This document shows positions 7,739-16,368 of a stretch of DNA of 29,873 bases, piece after piece (within the stretch, counting starts at the first letter, position 1; every line of letters begins with the position of its first letter). A program made the translations under genes and the position numbers. Source of the DNA: Gammaproteobacteria bacterium (GTDB taxonomy: Bacteria; Pseudomonadota; Gammaproteobacteria; DATFLG01). The notes under the pieces are model-generated. The model saw nothing but the letters and a program-made list of their open reading frames with translations. It was not told where the DNA came from and ran no database searches. The stretch lies in assembly GCA_035266965.1 (NCBI GenBank), contig DATFML010000361.1, forward strand, positions 1 to 29,873, written 5' to 3'.

Positions 7739-8572
7739 CTATTGATGCGGACGATCGGCGGGGCGACCGTTGGGCGGGCTCTGGTCATTCCTCCGAGTCG
7801 CTGCAATGGTCTCGTAGGCGACCCGAATAGCGTGGGTGTTTTGCGAAGCGTGGCTGGTGGCCTCGGCGGAGGCACCGGAGCCCGCGATCTTGTCGGGGTG
7901 ATGGCGACTGAGCAGGCGTCGATAGGCGAGCTTGACAGCTTCGTCCGTGGAATCCGGCGAAAGTCCCAGAAGCGCGTAGGCCTGTGCCAACGACCCGGGC
8001 AGTGCGAGGTGGTGATGCCCGCGACGGTTCATCATTTGCTTGCGCACCGCACGTTCCAACTCGCCGAATGCGATGACGGAGAGTCCCAGGCGCTGGCGTA
8101 TCAGTCGAAGAACCCGCTTGCGGGCCGGCGAGAGAGGACCATCGGCGTACGCCACCCGCAATTGAATGCGCAGCAGGTCGAGTAAGAGTTCGGGGCTTCC
8201 GCGGCAGCCGGTTTGCAGTTGCTCCAACAGCGGCGCCGGGTCGAACGAGGTTTTCTTCCCGTCCTGAAACAGAGCGATGGCCAGCGCGCGCCCCTGGGGC
8301 GAGAGTTTCATTTCAAGGAAGATCTCTTCGGCGGTAGCGATTGCCGCTTCGGTGACCCGGCCGTCGGATTTGGCGACGAAGCCCATGACGGAGAATGTGC
8401 ATGCGTACGTCACGCCTCGGGCAACGTGCGCTCGGTGCGCAGTGCCTTTCCGGGAAAGGGCCTCCACGCTGGAGTCGACCCCGTGACCGAAAGCGCTGCC
8501 CAACAGAAAACCGATCGGGCCGCCGGTCGCCAGCCCGAGCATGGTACCGATGAGCTTGCCCCACCAAGTCAC
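7739..8572 (-). CDS. djlA: Co-chaperone DjlA (TerB-like domain + J domain)
   Basis: N-terminal 'WWGKLIGTMLGLATGGPIGFLLG' membrane segment, 'VMGFVAKSDGRVTE', and a C-terminal J domain 'AYALLGL…AYRRLLSRHHPDK'. GTG start with a GGAGGAGG RBS. Confidence 0.93.
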   Translation of the reverse strand: MTWWGKLIGTMLGLATGGPIGFLLGSAFGHGVDSSVEALSRKGTAHRAHVARGVTYACTFSVMGFVAKSDGRVTEAAIATAEEIFLEMKLSPQGRALAIALFQDGKKTSFDPAPLLEQLQTGCRGSPELLLDLLRIQLRVAYADGPLSPARKRVLRLIRQRLGLSVIAFGELERAVRKQMMNRRGHHHLALPGSLAQAYALLGLSPDSTDEAVKLAYRRLLSRHHPDKIAGSGASAEATSHASQNTHAIRVAYETIAATRRNDQSPPNGRPADRPHQ

Positions 8573-8591
8573 CGTTTTCCACCTCCTCCTT

Positions 8592-8617
8592 GAAGTGATT
8601 ATTGGAAGTGATTATTG
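8592..8617. repeat. Perfect 13-bp tandem duplication GAAGTGATTATTG x2
   Basis: Read directly at 8592-8604 and 8605-8617, just upstream of the djlA RBS. Confidence 0.95.
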
Positions 8618-8896
8618 CAGCGCGGATTCTGAAAGGGTGACGTCTACAGTGGACGGATGATAGCAGGGAAAATTGCTTTTTGAAGGCTTGTCGACCGCAA
8701 TGAATTTGCGTTCACGCACTACGAATGGGCAATAGAACACTGCCTCGCGGAATACGATCCGGATATGTACCACAGGTGTTATGGAAGCGCTGGTGGTGGC
8801 GGCCGGTGAGCCGCAGGGTTGTGTCCATTCCATGCGCGCGGCGTCGATTTTTCCGCAGCTGGGCGCAATCCGAAAGCAGGCTATCAGAACACGGCG

Positions 8897-11095
8897 CTAT
8901 GCCACAGAATCCGGGGTGTCGGATTGCAGGTGAGCGTCGCCCTGAAACACATCCGTGCCCCCTTTGCAGAGCGTCTTGACCCGGTACAATGCCGAGTCGG
9001 CGGCACGCAACAGGTCCTCCACATGTCGCGCAGCAATGGAGTTCAGGGCGACGCCGATGCTGGCACGGATGGGGCGCAGCTGGGCTTCCAAAGCCATGGG
9101 GCGTTCCAATGCGGCGTGGATTCGATCGCACACCTGAAGTGCGTCATCCATTCCGGTGATGCCCTCCAGCAGCACGCTGAATTCGTCACCGCCGAAGCGG
9201 GCAAGGGTGTCTTCCGGACGCAGGCAGCTCTGGATACGTCTGGCCGCTTCCACCAGGTAACGATCGCCGGCGAGATGGCCCAGGTCGTCATTGATGTGCT
9301 TGAACCCGTCCAAGTCGATCATGAGCACGGCATAGCCGGTTTTGTGGCGCTGCTCGCGCGCCATGACATGTTCAATGCGGTCCATGAACAGTCGGCGGTT
9401 GGCCGCACCGGTCAGGTTGTCGTGGCTGGCATCGTATTCCAGTCGGGCCTGGAGTTCCCTGCGTTCGGTGACGTCATGGGCGACGGTGAGGGCGCCGATG
9501 ACCTGGCCGCCATGGCGAATCGGCGTGACCGTGATGGAAACGAACAGGCGTCGCCCGTCCTTGGCCACGCGCTCGGTGTCATGGCGACGGACATCCTCGC
9601 CATCGAACAGCCGTTGGAGAATAGCGATTCCTTCCCCTCGACGTTCCAGCGGTACGAGCAGTTCCACGGATTGGCCGATCACCTCATCGGCGCGGTAGCC
9701 GTACAGTCGCTCGGCCCCCGTGTTCCAGCTCGCTATCCGGCCTTGCAGATCCTTGCTGAGAATCGCTTCGTGGGAGGAGTCGAGCACGGCCGCCAGTCGG
9801 GATCGGTCCAGCTCGGCCTGCTTGCGGTCGGTGATGTCGACGTTGACCGCGACGGCGCCCAGAAGCTGACGGTTGTCGTCGAAGTAGGGTAGTGCGTAGT
9901 TCAGGATGGTCTTGCGGGCGCCGGCGAACGTTTCGATGTCGATCTCTTCGTCCCGGCAGGTTTCCCCATGCCCGAGGGCGCGTGCCATGGCCCATTCGCC
10001 CTCGCCGATGGGCTCTCCGGTCGCACTCCAGCGCGCGCGGAACGCGCTGTAGTGTTCCGGTCCCACCGCTTCCCCGTCCTTGCAGTCCCAGTCCCAGATG
10101 TGGCGGCCGGCGGCGTTGCTCTCCACGATCACGCCCTGCCGGTCGGCGATATAGACGCCCACCGGCAGGGCGTCCAGCACGGCCCGCAGTCGCCGGCGTT
10201 CCCGCTCGGCGGCGTCCATCTCCTGGGACAGGGCGTCGGCCACGCTGCGCAATTCGGTAATGTCCCGGAACGAGATCACCACTTGCTGCGGGCGGTCCGC
10301 ACCTTTGCCGAACAGGGGCTGAGTGTTCATCAGGATCCAGGCTTCGCTTCCGTCGGGCCTGTCCACGCCCATGACGACATTGCGGCTGGGTTCGCCGGTG
10401 CGCAGTGTCAGGCTGGCGGGATGCTCTTCGGTCGGCCAGCGCGATCCGTCCTGGCGTTTGACGTTCCACGCCCTCCCGAGCCGGGAGCGGTGCAGCAGTT
10501 CGTCCGCGGAGTAGCCGAGCAGTTGCTGCGCGCTTCGGTTGCTGTGGAGAATGGCGCCCTGGGCATCCTGAATGACGATGCCTTCCGCGACTTCGTCGGT
10601 GACGGTCCGCCACCAGGCCGCTTCCTCGTGCACCTGCGCCCGCTCCCGGAATCGTGCGATGAGTCCCGCGAGCTCCTCGGCCAGCAGTTCGAAGAAATCC
10701 CTGGCCGTACTGTAGGAATCGAGCGGGAGGTCCTGATTCCGATCGGTATCGAGATAAAGTTCCAGGGTATCAGTATGGTCGTCGGAGTTGACGACAGGGT
10801 TGGCCCAAATGGTGGCGGACGGTTCGAACCCGAAAGATCGGAACGTCTTCTCGCCCAGCGTCAACCGGGCACCGGTCGCCCCGAAGGCGCGGAAGCCGGT
10901 GGGAAGCATTTCCACCGCAGTCTGTAGCACGTCGTCCAGATCGGACGAATCCCGCTCGAACGCTTTGAGAATCGACAGCAGGCAGGAGATGTGCTGGAGG
11001 CAGCATGCCAGGGGCGGGGATTCCTGATCGGCTGTGGCTATGTGCCGCTCCGCAAAGGCGTGCTTCAGAACTCGATTCAGCGTGTCGGGATTCAT
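8897..11095 (-). CDS. Diguanylate cyclase with N-terminal GAF-like domain and three PAS domains
   Basis: PAS starts 'VAEGIVIQDAQG', 'LPVGVYIADRQG' and 'SHEAILSKDLQG…WNTGAERLYGY'. GGDEF domain 'HDNLTGAANRR…IDLDGFKHIND…RPEDTLARFGGDEF' with an intact RxxD I-site; no EAL domain. The start is uncertain (ATG 11095 chosen). Confidence 0.92.
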   Translation of the reverse strand: MNPDTLNRVLKHAFAERHIATADQESPPLACCLQHISCLLSILKAFERDSSDLDDVLQTAVEMLPTGFRAFGATGARLTLGEKTFRSFGFEPSATIWANPVVNSDDHTDTLELYLDTDRNQDLPLDSYSTARDFFELLAEELAGLIARFRERAQVHEEAAWWRTVTDEVAEGIVIQDAQGAILHSNRSAQQLLGYSADELLHRSRLGRAWNVKRQDGSRWPTEEHPASLTLRTGEPSRNVVMGVDRPDGSEAWILMNTQPLFGKGADRPQQVVISFRDITELRSVADALSQEMDAAERERRRLRAVLDALPVGVYIADRQGVIVESNAAGRHIWDWDCKDGEAVGPEHYSAFRARWSATGEPIGEGEWAMARALGHGETCRDEEIDIETFAGARKTILNYALPYFDDNRQLLGAVAVNVDITDRKQAELDRSRLAAVLDSSHEAILSKDLQGRIASWNTGAERLYGYRADEVIGQSVELLVPLERRGEGIAILQRLFDGEDVRRHDTERVAKDGRRLFVSITVTPIRHGGQVIGALTVAHDVTERRELQARLEYDASHDNLTGAANRRLFMDRIEHVMAREQRHKTGYAVLMIDLDGFKHINDDLGHLAGDRYLVEAARRIQSCLRPEDTLARFGGDEFSVLLEGITGMDDALQVCDRIHAALERPMALEAQLRPIRASIGVALNSIAARHVEDLLRAADSALYRVKTLCKGGTDVFQGDAHLQSDTPDSVA

Positions 11096-11372
11096 GATCG
11101 TGTGCAGCGGCCCCACGTCCGCTGCCGTCCAATGGCGGGCCGCGCGAGCCCCGGGGCAGGGCGACCATGATAGCGCTTGTGGAAGGCGTGCAAGCCCCAT
11201 GACAAGTGAGGTTGTGTGCGATCCATGAAGTGGCTGCCTCCCTGGGTACGCCGTGCAGGCCTTCGCGGCGATCGATGCAGACTTCGATAGATCGTTAAAG
11301 CATAGCCCAGTCCGGCGCGCGGGCAATTGCAACCTGCGGGATACCGATGAATCCGGTGGATTGGCGAGGGGC

Positions 11373-11395
11373 GTGTTGCTCGGGGGCGACAACAC
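11373..11395. promoter_or_regulatory. Candidate enhancer (bEBP upstream activating sequence)
   Basis: Inverted repeat GTGTTG-N11-CAACAC about 115-135 bp upstream of the sigma-54 site at 11509. Confidence 0.4.
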
Positions 11396-11508
11396 AATTT
11401 CCCGGTATTGAAGCAGATCCAACGTTTGTGCCTACGCGTCGTCGTTCGTCGGCAACACATCAGGCGGATGACAGTGCTCAAGGCGTTGGTGTGGCGTGCA
11501 TGGAGTCG

Positions 11509-11525
11509 CTGGCACGGGGATTGCT
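11509..11525 (+). promoter_or_regulatory. Sigma-54 (-24/-12) promoter
   Basis: CTGGCACGGGGATTGCT matches the YTGGCACG-N4-TTGCW consensus and points toward the gene at 11714. Confidence 0.8.
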
Positions 11526-11713
11526 CCGCAGAACGAACCGCCGGCTACAGCCAACGTGCCGGGGGAACTCGCCCGCGTCGGGTTGCACTGCTATTGCTGA
11601 CGGGGCGGCCCGCCGTACGCCCCGGCCTGGTCAGACGATTTCCAGGTCGGCGCTCGACGCCAACGGAGACGAACCGTTGGTTTTCGCAAGCAAAGGAACA
11701 AAGGAGGTTCTTC

Positions 11714-12271
11714 ATGAAACTAAAACATATCGCCATTGGATCCGCTCTGTCGGTGTTGATGGCAGCCCCCGCCTTCGCGGCCCAGCAGGCCGGCATGGCG
11801 CAGCACAGTACGTCCGCATCCCGGAATTCCATGAAGATGCAATCGTCGTCCCAGGGCAGCCAGAAGCATCCCGGTGTCAAAGCCGTTCAGAAGAAGCTCA
11901 GGAGCCAGGGCTATAACATCGGCCACGTGGACGGCCTGTGGGGCTCCCGGTCCGAAGGCGCGCTCAAGAAGTTTCAGCAGGCGAACAGCCTGAAGACCAC
12001 CGGCACCCTGAACCACAAGACCGCCAACGCGCTCGGTATCAGCAGCAGCCAGTTTGCCGCTTTCGAGACCGAGGTGGGAAAGTCTTCCGCCGGTCAATCG
12101 GGTTCGAGCATGAAGGGTGGCAGTTCCGCGGGTAACGGCACTTCCATGGGCGGCAGCAGCATGGGCAGCGGAAACTCCATGAACGGAAGCGGCTCCATGG
12201 GGGGCGGCCACGGCATGAGCGGCAGCAAACCCATGAGTGGCAGCAAATCCAACACCGGCAGCCAGTACTGA
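11714..12271 (+). CDS. Secreted peptidoglycan-binding domain protein (PG_binding_1) with Met/Gly/Ser-rich tail
   Basis: AAGGAGG RBS, signal peptide (…APAFA), PGBD 'VKAVQKKLRSQGYNIGHVDGLWGSRSEGALKKFQQANSLKTTGTLNHKT', and a low-complexity C-terminus. Confidence 0.88.
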   Translation: MKLKHIAIGSALSVLMAAPAFAAQQAGMAQHSTSASRNSMKMQSSSQGSQKHPGVKAVQKKLRSQGYNIGHVDGLWGSRSEGALKKFQQANSLKTTGTLNHKTANALGISSSQFAAFETEVGKSSAGQSGSSMKGGSSAGNGTSMGGSSMGSGNSMNGSGSMGGGHGMSGSKPMSGSKSNTGSQY

Positions 12272-12491
12272 GATGGCGGTGATCGTCCCAGCAGGCCTGC
12301 TGATGCGTTTGTGATGAAACTGCACGTCCGTCGCTGGCGCGCAGGCCTGTCGGGGTAATGCCGTTGCGTAAAGCAGGCCGCCGGGCGGCCAGGGTCGGCG
12401 CTGTCGCCCAGGTGTGCCGTGGGGTACGCGCTGGCGGGCGGCAGCGCGGCTCCATGGCCCTGGCCAAGGACCGCGGGAGGAAAGCGCGGTC

Positions 12492-13937
12492 TCAGTTGCG
12501 CCAGAACGCCGGGCTGAGCAGCACCAGGATGGTGAAGATCTCCAACCGCCCCAGCAGCATGGCAATCACCGAAATGATCTTGGCGGTGTCGTTGAGGCTG
12601 TGGAAGTTGGCGGCGACCTTTCCCAGCCCCGGACCGAGGTTGTTCATGCAGGTGGCGATGGCCGAGAAGGCGGTGACCTGATCGACGCCCGTGCTGATCA
12701 TGGCGAGCATCAGCACGGCGAAGGCCGCCACGTAGGCCGAAAAGAAGGCCCATACGGCCGCCATGGTGCGCTCGGGAACCGTGCGCCCGCCCAGTTTGAC
12801 CTGCATCACGGCATTGGGATGGACGAGACGGGTGATTTCGCGGGTGGCCTGCTTGCCGAGCAGCAGCACCCGGATGACCTTCATGCCGCCGGCGGTGGAA
12901 CCCGCGCACCCGCCTATGAAGCTGCTCAGGATGAGCAGTACCGGCAGGGAAAGGGGCCAGACGGAGAAATTGGCGGTGGTGAAACCGGTGCTGGTGATCA
13001 CCGAGATGACCTGGAATGCGGCGTAGCGCAGATCGGTCCACACACTGCCGTAGTAGCCGGTAAACGCCAGGCCGATTGTGATGAGCGTGATGGCCACCGC
13101 CACCACCACCAGGAAGGTGCGCACCTCCGGGTCCGTGAAATAGTGCATGGGATTGCGGCCGCGCCACACCATGAAGTGCACGGTGAAGTTCATGCCGCCG
13201 GCCAGCATGAACACGTCCGCAATCGCCTCGATGGCGGGACTGTTGTAATAGCCGAGGCTGGCGTCGTGCATGGAAAAGCCGCCGGTGGACAGGGTGGAGA
13301 AGCTGTTGCCGATGGCATCGAACGGCTTCATGCCGGCCAGCCAGTAGGCAAACGCGCAGGCAGCGGTCAACGCGAAGTAAATCAGCCACAGGGCCCGGGA
13401 GGTGTGGGCGATGCGGGGCGTGATCTTCTCGTCCTTCATAGGCCCCGGCGTTTCGGCTCGATAGAGCTGCATCCCGCCGACGCCGAGCATGGGCAGTACG
13501 GCGACCGCGAGTACCACCACCCCCATGCCGCCCAGCAGCTGGATCTGCTGGCGGTGATAGAGGATGGAAGGCGGCAGGTTGTCGATATGCTGTATGACCG
13601 TGGCACCGGTGGTGGTGAACCCGGAGACCGATTCGAACAGCGAGTCCACGAAGGACAGATGGGCGCCGAACATGAACGGCAGAGCGCCGAGACAGCCGAG
13701 CACGACCCAGAACAGGGCCACGATGATGAAGCCGTCCTTGGTACGCAGTTCCGCGCGGCGGTGGCGGGTGGGCAGCCACAGGGCCAGACCCAGCGCCACA
13801 ATGACCAGGATGCTGGCAAGAAAATGCTGGGCCTCGCCGTCGTGGTACCACAGGGACACCCCGAGGGGCGGAAGCATGCTCGCCCCGAAGATGAGCACCA
13901 GCAGCCCCAGTATGCGGGCGATAGCGGCGTAGCGCAT
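12492..13937 (-). CDS. trkH: Trk system potassium uptake protein TrkH
   Basis: All four filter-Gly loops are present (TTTGAT, STGGFS, TSTGFT, NNLGPG), plus 'GGMQLYRAETPGP', 'GGCAGSTAGGMK' and 'MLLGRLEIFT'. Confidence 0.95.
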   Translation of the reverse strand: MRYAAIARILGLLVLIFGASMLPPLGVSLWYHDGEAQHFLASILVIVALGLALWLPTRHRRAELRTKDGFIIVALFWVVLGCLGALPFMFGAHLSFVDSLFESVSGFTTTGATVIQHIDNLPPSILYHRQQIQLLGGMGVVVLAVAVLPMLGVGGMQLYRAETPGPMKDEKITPRIAHTSRALWLIYFALTAACAFAYWLAGMKPFDAIGNSFSTLSTGGFSMHDASLGYYNSPAIEAIADVFMLAGGMNFTVHFMVWRGRNPMHYFTDPEVRTFLVVVAVAITLITIGLAFTGYYGSVWTDLRYAAFQVISVITSTGFTTANFSVWPLSLPVLLILSSFIGGCAGSTAGGMKVIRVLLLGKQATREITRLVHPNAVMQVKLGGRTVPERTMAAVWAFFSAYVAAFAVLMLAMISTGVDQVTAFSAIATCMNNLGPGLGKVAANFHSLNDTAKIISVIAMLLGRLEIFTILVLLSPAFWRN

Positions 13938-14452
13938 CAGCGGCCCTCGGTGCGGGCGGCCGGGCAGGCTGCGCTGGGCGTGCAGTCGGGCGGCTGTATG
14001 CTGCCGGCGCAGCGGTCGCTGCGGGCGTTGGAGTCGGAATTGACCGTCACGGGGTTTTTCATACACACACAGCGCGCCGGCGGGCGCAAGGCGCCGCAGC
14101 AGCCGTAGGTTGTCGCTTGTTTGCCGCGCGAGCATGCCCGCAGCGGTCCGTGGGCTGGCGTATTCTTGCACGCAGAGCGGCAAATCGCCAGCCGCCCGGG
14201 CGCCCACGTGCAGACCCCCTCCGGTGCACGGAATGTGCGATCCGATGGCGGCGAGAATGCCTCCGGGCGGTTTCCGGGGACGCACTCTCGCGCGACTGGC
14301 GCTGCGCCCGCTCCGACTGATCGCGGGGGGCGCAACGACAGTGCGGGCAGCCCCCGGCACGCGACGCGTATATGGAGGCGGCAGCTGTTAGAATGTCGCC
14401 GTGCCAACATTGTCTGCGTGCCGTCGACCGGGCGGGCACGCGCCCGATACCC

Positions 14453-15466
14453 ATGCCAGCAGCCGATTCTCACCACGATTCCGTACCCTCGACCAACGCG
14501 CGGAAACTGGCGGTGGCCCCGATGATGGACTGGACGGATCGCCACTGCCGGTACTTTCTGCGCCTGATCTCCCGGCACACCTGGCTGTACACGGAAATGG
14601 TGACCAGCGGGGCCGTCCTGCACGGCGATCGGCAGCGATTGTTGGGATTCGATCCCCTGGAGCATCCCATCGCCCTGCAGTTGGGCGGCAGCGAGCCGGA
14701 GGAACTGGCCGAGGCGGCTCGTATCGGCGCCGGTTTCGGCTACGACGAGATCAACCTGAATGTGGGCTGCCCCAGCGACCGGGTCCAGTCCGGGCGCTTC
14801 GGGGCCTGTCTGATGCTGGAGCCCGGGCGGGTGGCCGAAAGTGTGGCTGCCATGATCGGCGCGGTAGCGGTGCCGGTGACGGTGAAGACCCGTATCGGGG
14901 TGGACGAGCACGATTCCTATGACGCGCTGTGCCGGTTCGTGGAGGCGGTGGCCGACGCCGGCTGCGGCACGCTCATCGTCCATGCCCGCAAGGCCTGGCT
15001 GCAGGGGCTGAGCCCCAGGGAGAACCGGGATGTGCCGCCTCTGCACTACGATGTGGTGTACCGTCTGAAAGCCGACTTTCCGGCGCTGGAGATCCTCGTG
15101 AACGGTGGGGTACACAATCTGGATGAAGCGCTAGGGCATCTGGAGTATGTGGACGGCGTCATGATCGGCCGCCAGGCCTACCACAATCCCTACCTGCTGG
15201 CGGCGGCCGACAGCCGCATTTTCGCGGATCCCGCAGCGCCGCCCTCGCGTGAGCAGGTGGTGGCGGCCCTGCTGCCCTATGTGGAACGGCAACTGGCCGA
15301 CGGGGTCCCGCTGCAGCGCATCACCCGCCACATCCTGGGACTGTTTCAGGGTGTGCCCGGGGCGCGCGCCTGGCGTCGGCACCTGAGCGAGCAGGCGCAC
15401 CGTCCGGGTGCCGGTGTCGACGTGGTGCGTGGGGCGCTGGACAGGCTGCGTGACGTTGCGGCGTGA
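14453..15466 (+). CDS. dusA: tRNA-dihydrouridine(20/20a) synthase DusA
   Basis: 'APMMDWTDRHCRYFLR', 'LYTEMVT', 'INLNVGCPSDRVQSGRFGACLM', 'HARKAWLQGLSPRENR', 'VMIGRQAY'. Confidence 0.96.
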   Translation: MPAADSHHDSVPSTNARKLAVAPMMDWTDRHCRYFLRLISRHTWLYTEMVTSGAVLHGDRQRLLGFDPLEHPIALQLGGSEPEELAEAARIGAGFGYDEINLNVGCPSDRVQSGRFGACLMLEPGRVAESVAAMIGAVAVPVTVKTRIGVDEHDSYDALCRFVEAVADAGCGTLIVHARKAWLQGLSPRENRDVPPLHYDVVYRLKADFPALEILVNGGVHNLDEALGHLEYVDGVMIGRQAYHNPYLLAAADSRIFADPAAPPSREQVVAALLPYVERQLADGVPLQRITRHILGLFQGVPGARAWRRHLSEQAHRPGAGVDVVRGALDRLRDVAA

Positions 15467-15527
15467 GGTGCGCACGGCGGCCGGCGGGAGCCGTCGGTGC
15501 CGCTGGCTGCGCGGACGGGGAACGGGG

Positions 15528-16208
15528 ATGAAAGGGGAGCGGCCCGCAGGCGCGGCGACGGGAAAACGGCTGGTTGTGGCGCTGCTGCTGGGCGCCGCCG
15601 TGGTGGCCGCGCTGCTGCTGCGGGGGCATGTGGATGGCGCGGCGTTGCGCCGCTGGCTCGACGGCGCCGGCTGGTGGGGGCCGCTGGCCTTCGTGGCCGC
15701 CTATGCGGCAGCCACTGTGGCATTCTTCCCGGGTTCGATCCTGACGCTGGCCGGCGGTGCGCTGTTCGGCCCGTTATGGGGCACCTTCTACAGCCTGACC
15801 GGCGCGACAGCCGGGGCGACAGGGGCGTTCCTGGTGGCGCGCTACCTGGCGGCGGACTGGGTCGCCCGGCGCAGTGGCGGTCGGCTGCGGCGACTGATGG
15901 ACGGTGTGGACGCCGAGGGCTGGCGGTTCGTGGCCTTCGTGCGGCTGGTTCCGCTGTTCCCGTTCAATCTGCTCAATTTCGCCCTGGGGCTGACGCGCAT
16001 TCGCCTGCTCCATTATGTGATCGCCTCGTATGTCGCCATGTTGCCCGGGGCGCTGGCTTACACCTATCTTGGTTATGCCGGCCGCGAGGCGCTGGCAGGC
16101 GGTCCGGGTCTTGTCCAGAAGGGTCTGCTGGCCCTCGGCCTGCTGGCCACAGCGGCCTTTCTGCCCCGCTTTGTCATGCGGTTGCGGCGGGGGCGCGGAA
16201 CAGGATGA
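15528..16208 (+). CDS. TVP38/TMEM64 (DedA/VTT, SNARE_assoc) membrane protein
   Basis: 'FPGSILTLAGGALFGP', 'FLVARYL', 'FVRLVPLFPFNLLNFALGLT', 'MLPGALAYTYLG'. Confidence 0.9.
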   Translation: MKGERPAGAATGKRLVVALLLGAAVVAALLLRGHVDGAALRRWLDGAGWWGPLAFVAAYAAATVAFFPGSILTLAGGALFGPLWGTFYSLTGATAGATGAFLVARYLAADWVARRSGGRLRRLMDGVDAEGWRFVAFVRLVPLFPFNLLNFALGLTRIRLLHYVIASYVAMLPGALAYTYLGYAGREALAGGPGLVQKGLLALGLLATAAFLPRFVMRLRRGRGTG

Positions 16209-16368
16209 CCCTGCACGCCGGCTCGTTCATTCGATCGTGGGGTCCGGGCCGATCTGCGCGCGGCTCGGCGGTGACGGCGGGTGACGGGGTCCGGCGCGGT
16301 GCACTGCAGATGTTGCGCGCCGCCGAGCCGATCCCACGGTGCGCAACAGGCGCGGAGGATGTGCGGTC

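Noticed and set aside
11096-11422. N-terminal extension of the DGC ORF from the upstream start at 11422
   Set aside because: Low-complexity, non-domain sequence overlapping the divergent promoter region; the later ATG at 11095 is more credible.
12289-12302. Perfect 14-bp palindrome CAGCAGGCCTGCTG after the PG-binding gene
   Set aside because: No loop or U-tract, single occurrence, and could be chance in GC-rich DNA.
14372-14560. dusA as an integration site for a dusA-associated integrase island
   Set aside because: dusA is a known hotspot, but no integrase, duplicated dusA 5' fragment or att-like repeat is visible.
12094-15115. Long alternative ORFs (12094-13851 -, 12414-14108 +, 13937-15115 -)
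   Set aside because: Off-frame or antisense shadows of trkH and dusA, with no domain motifs.
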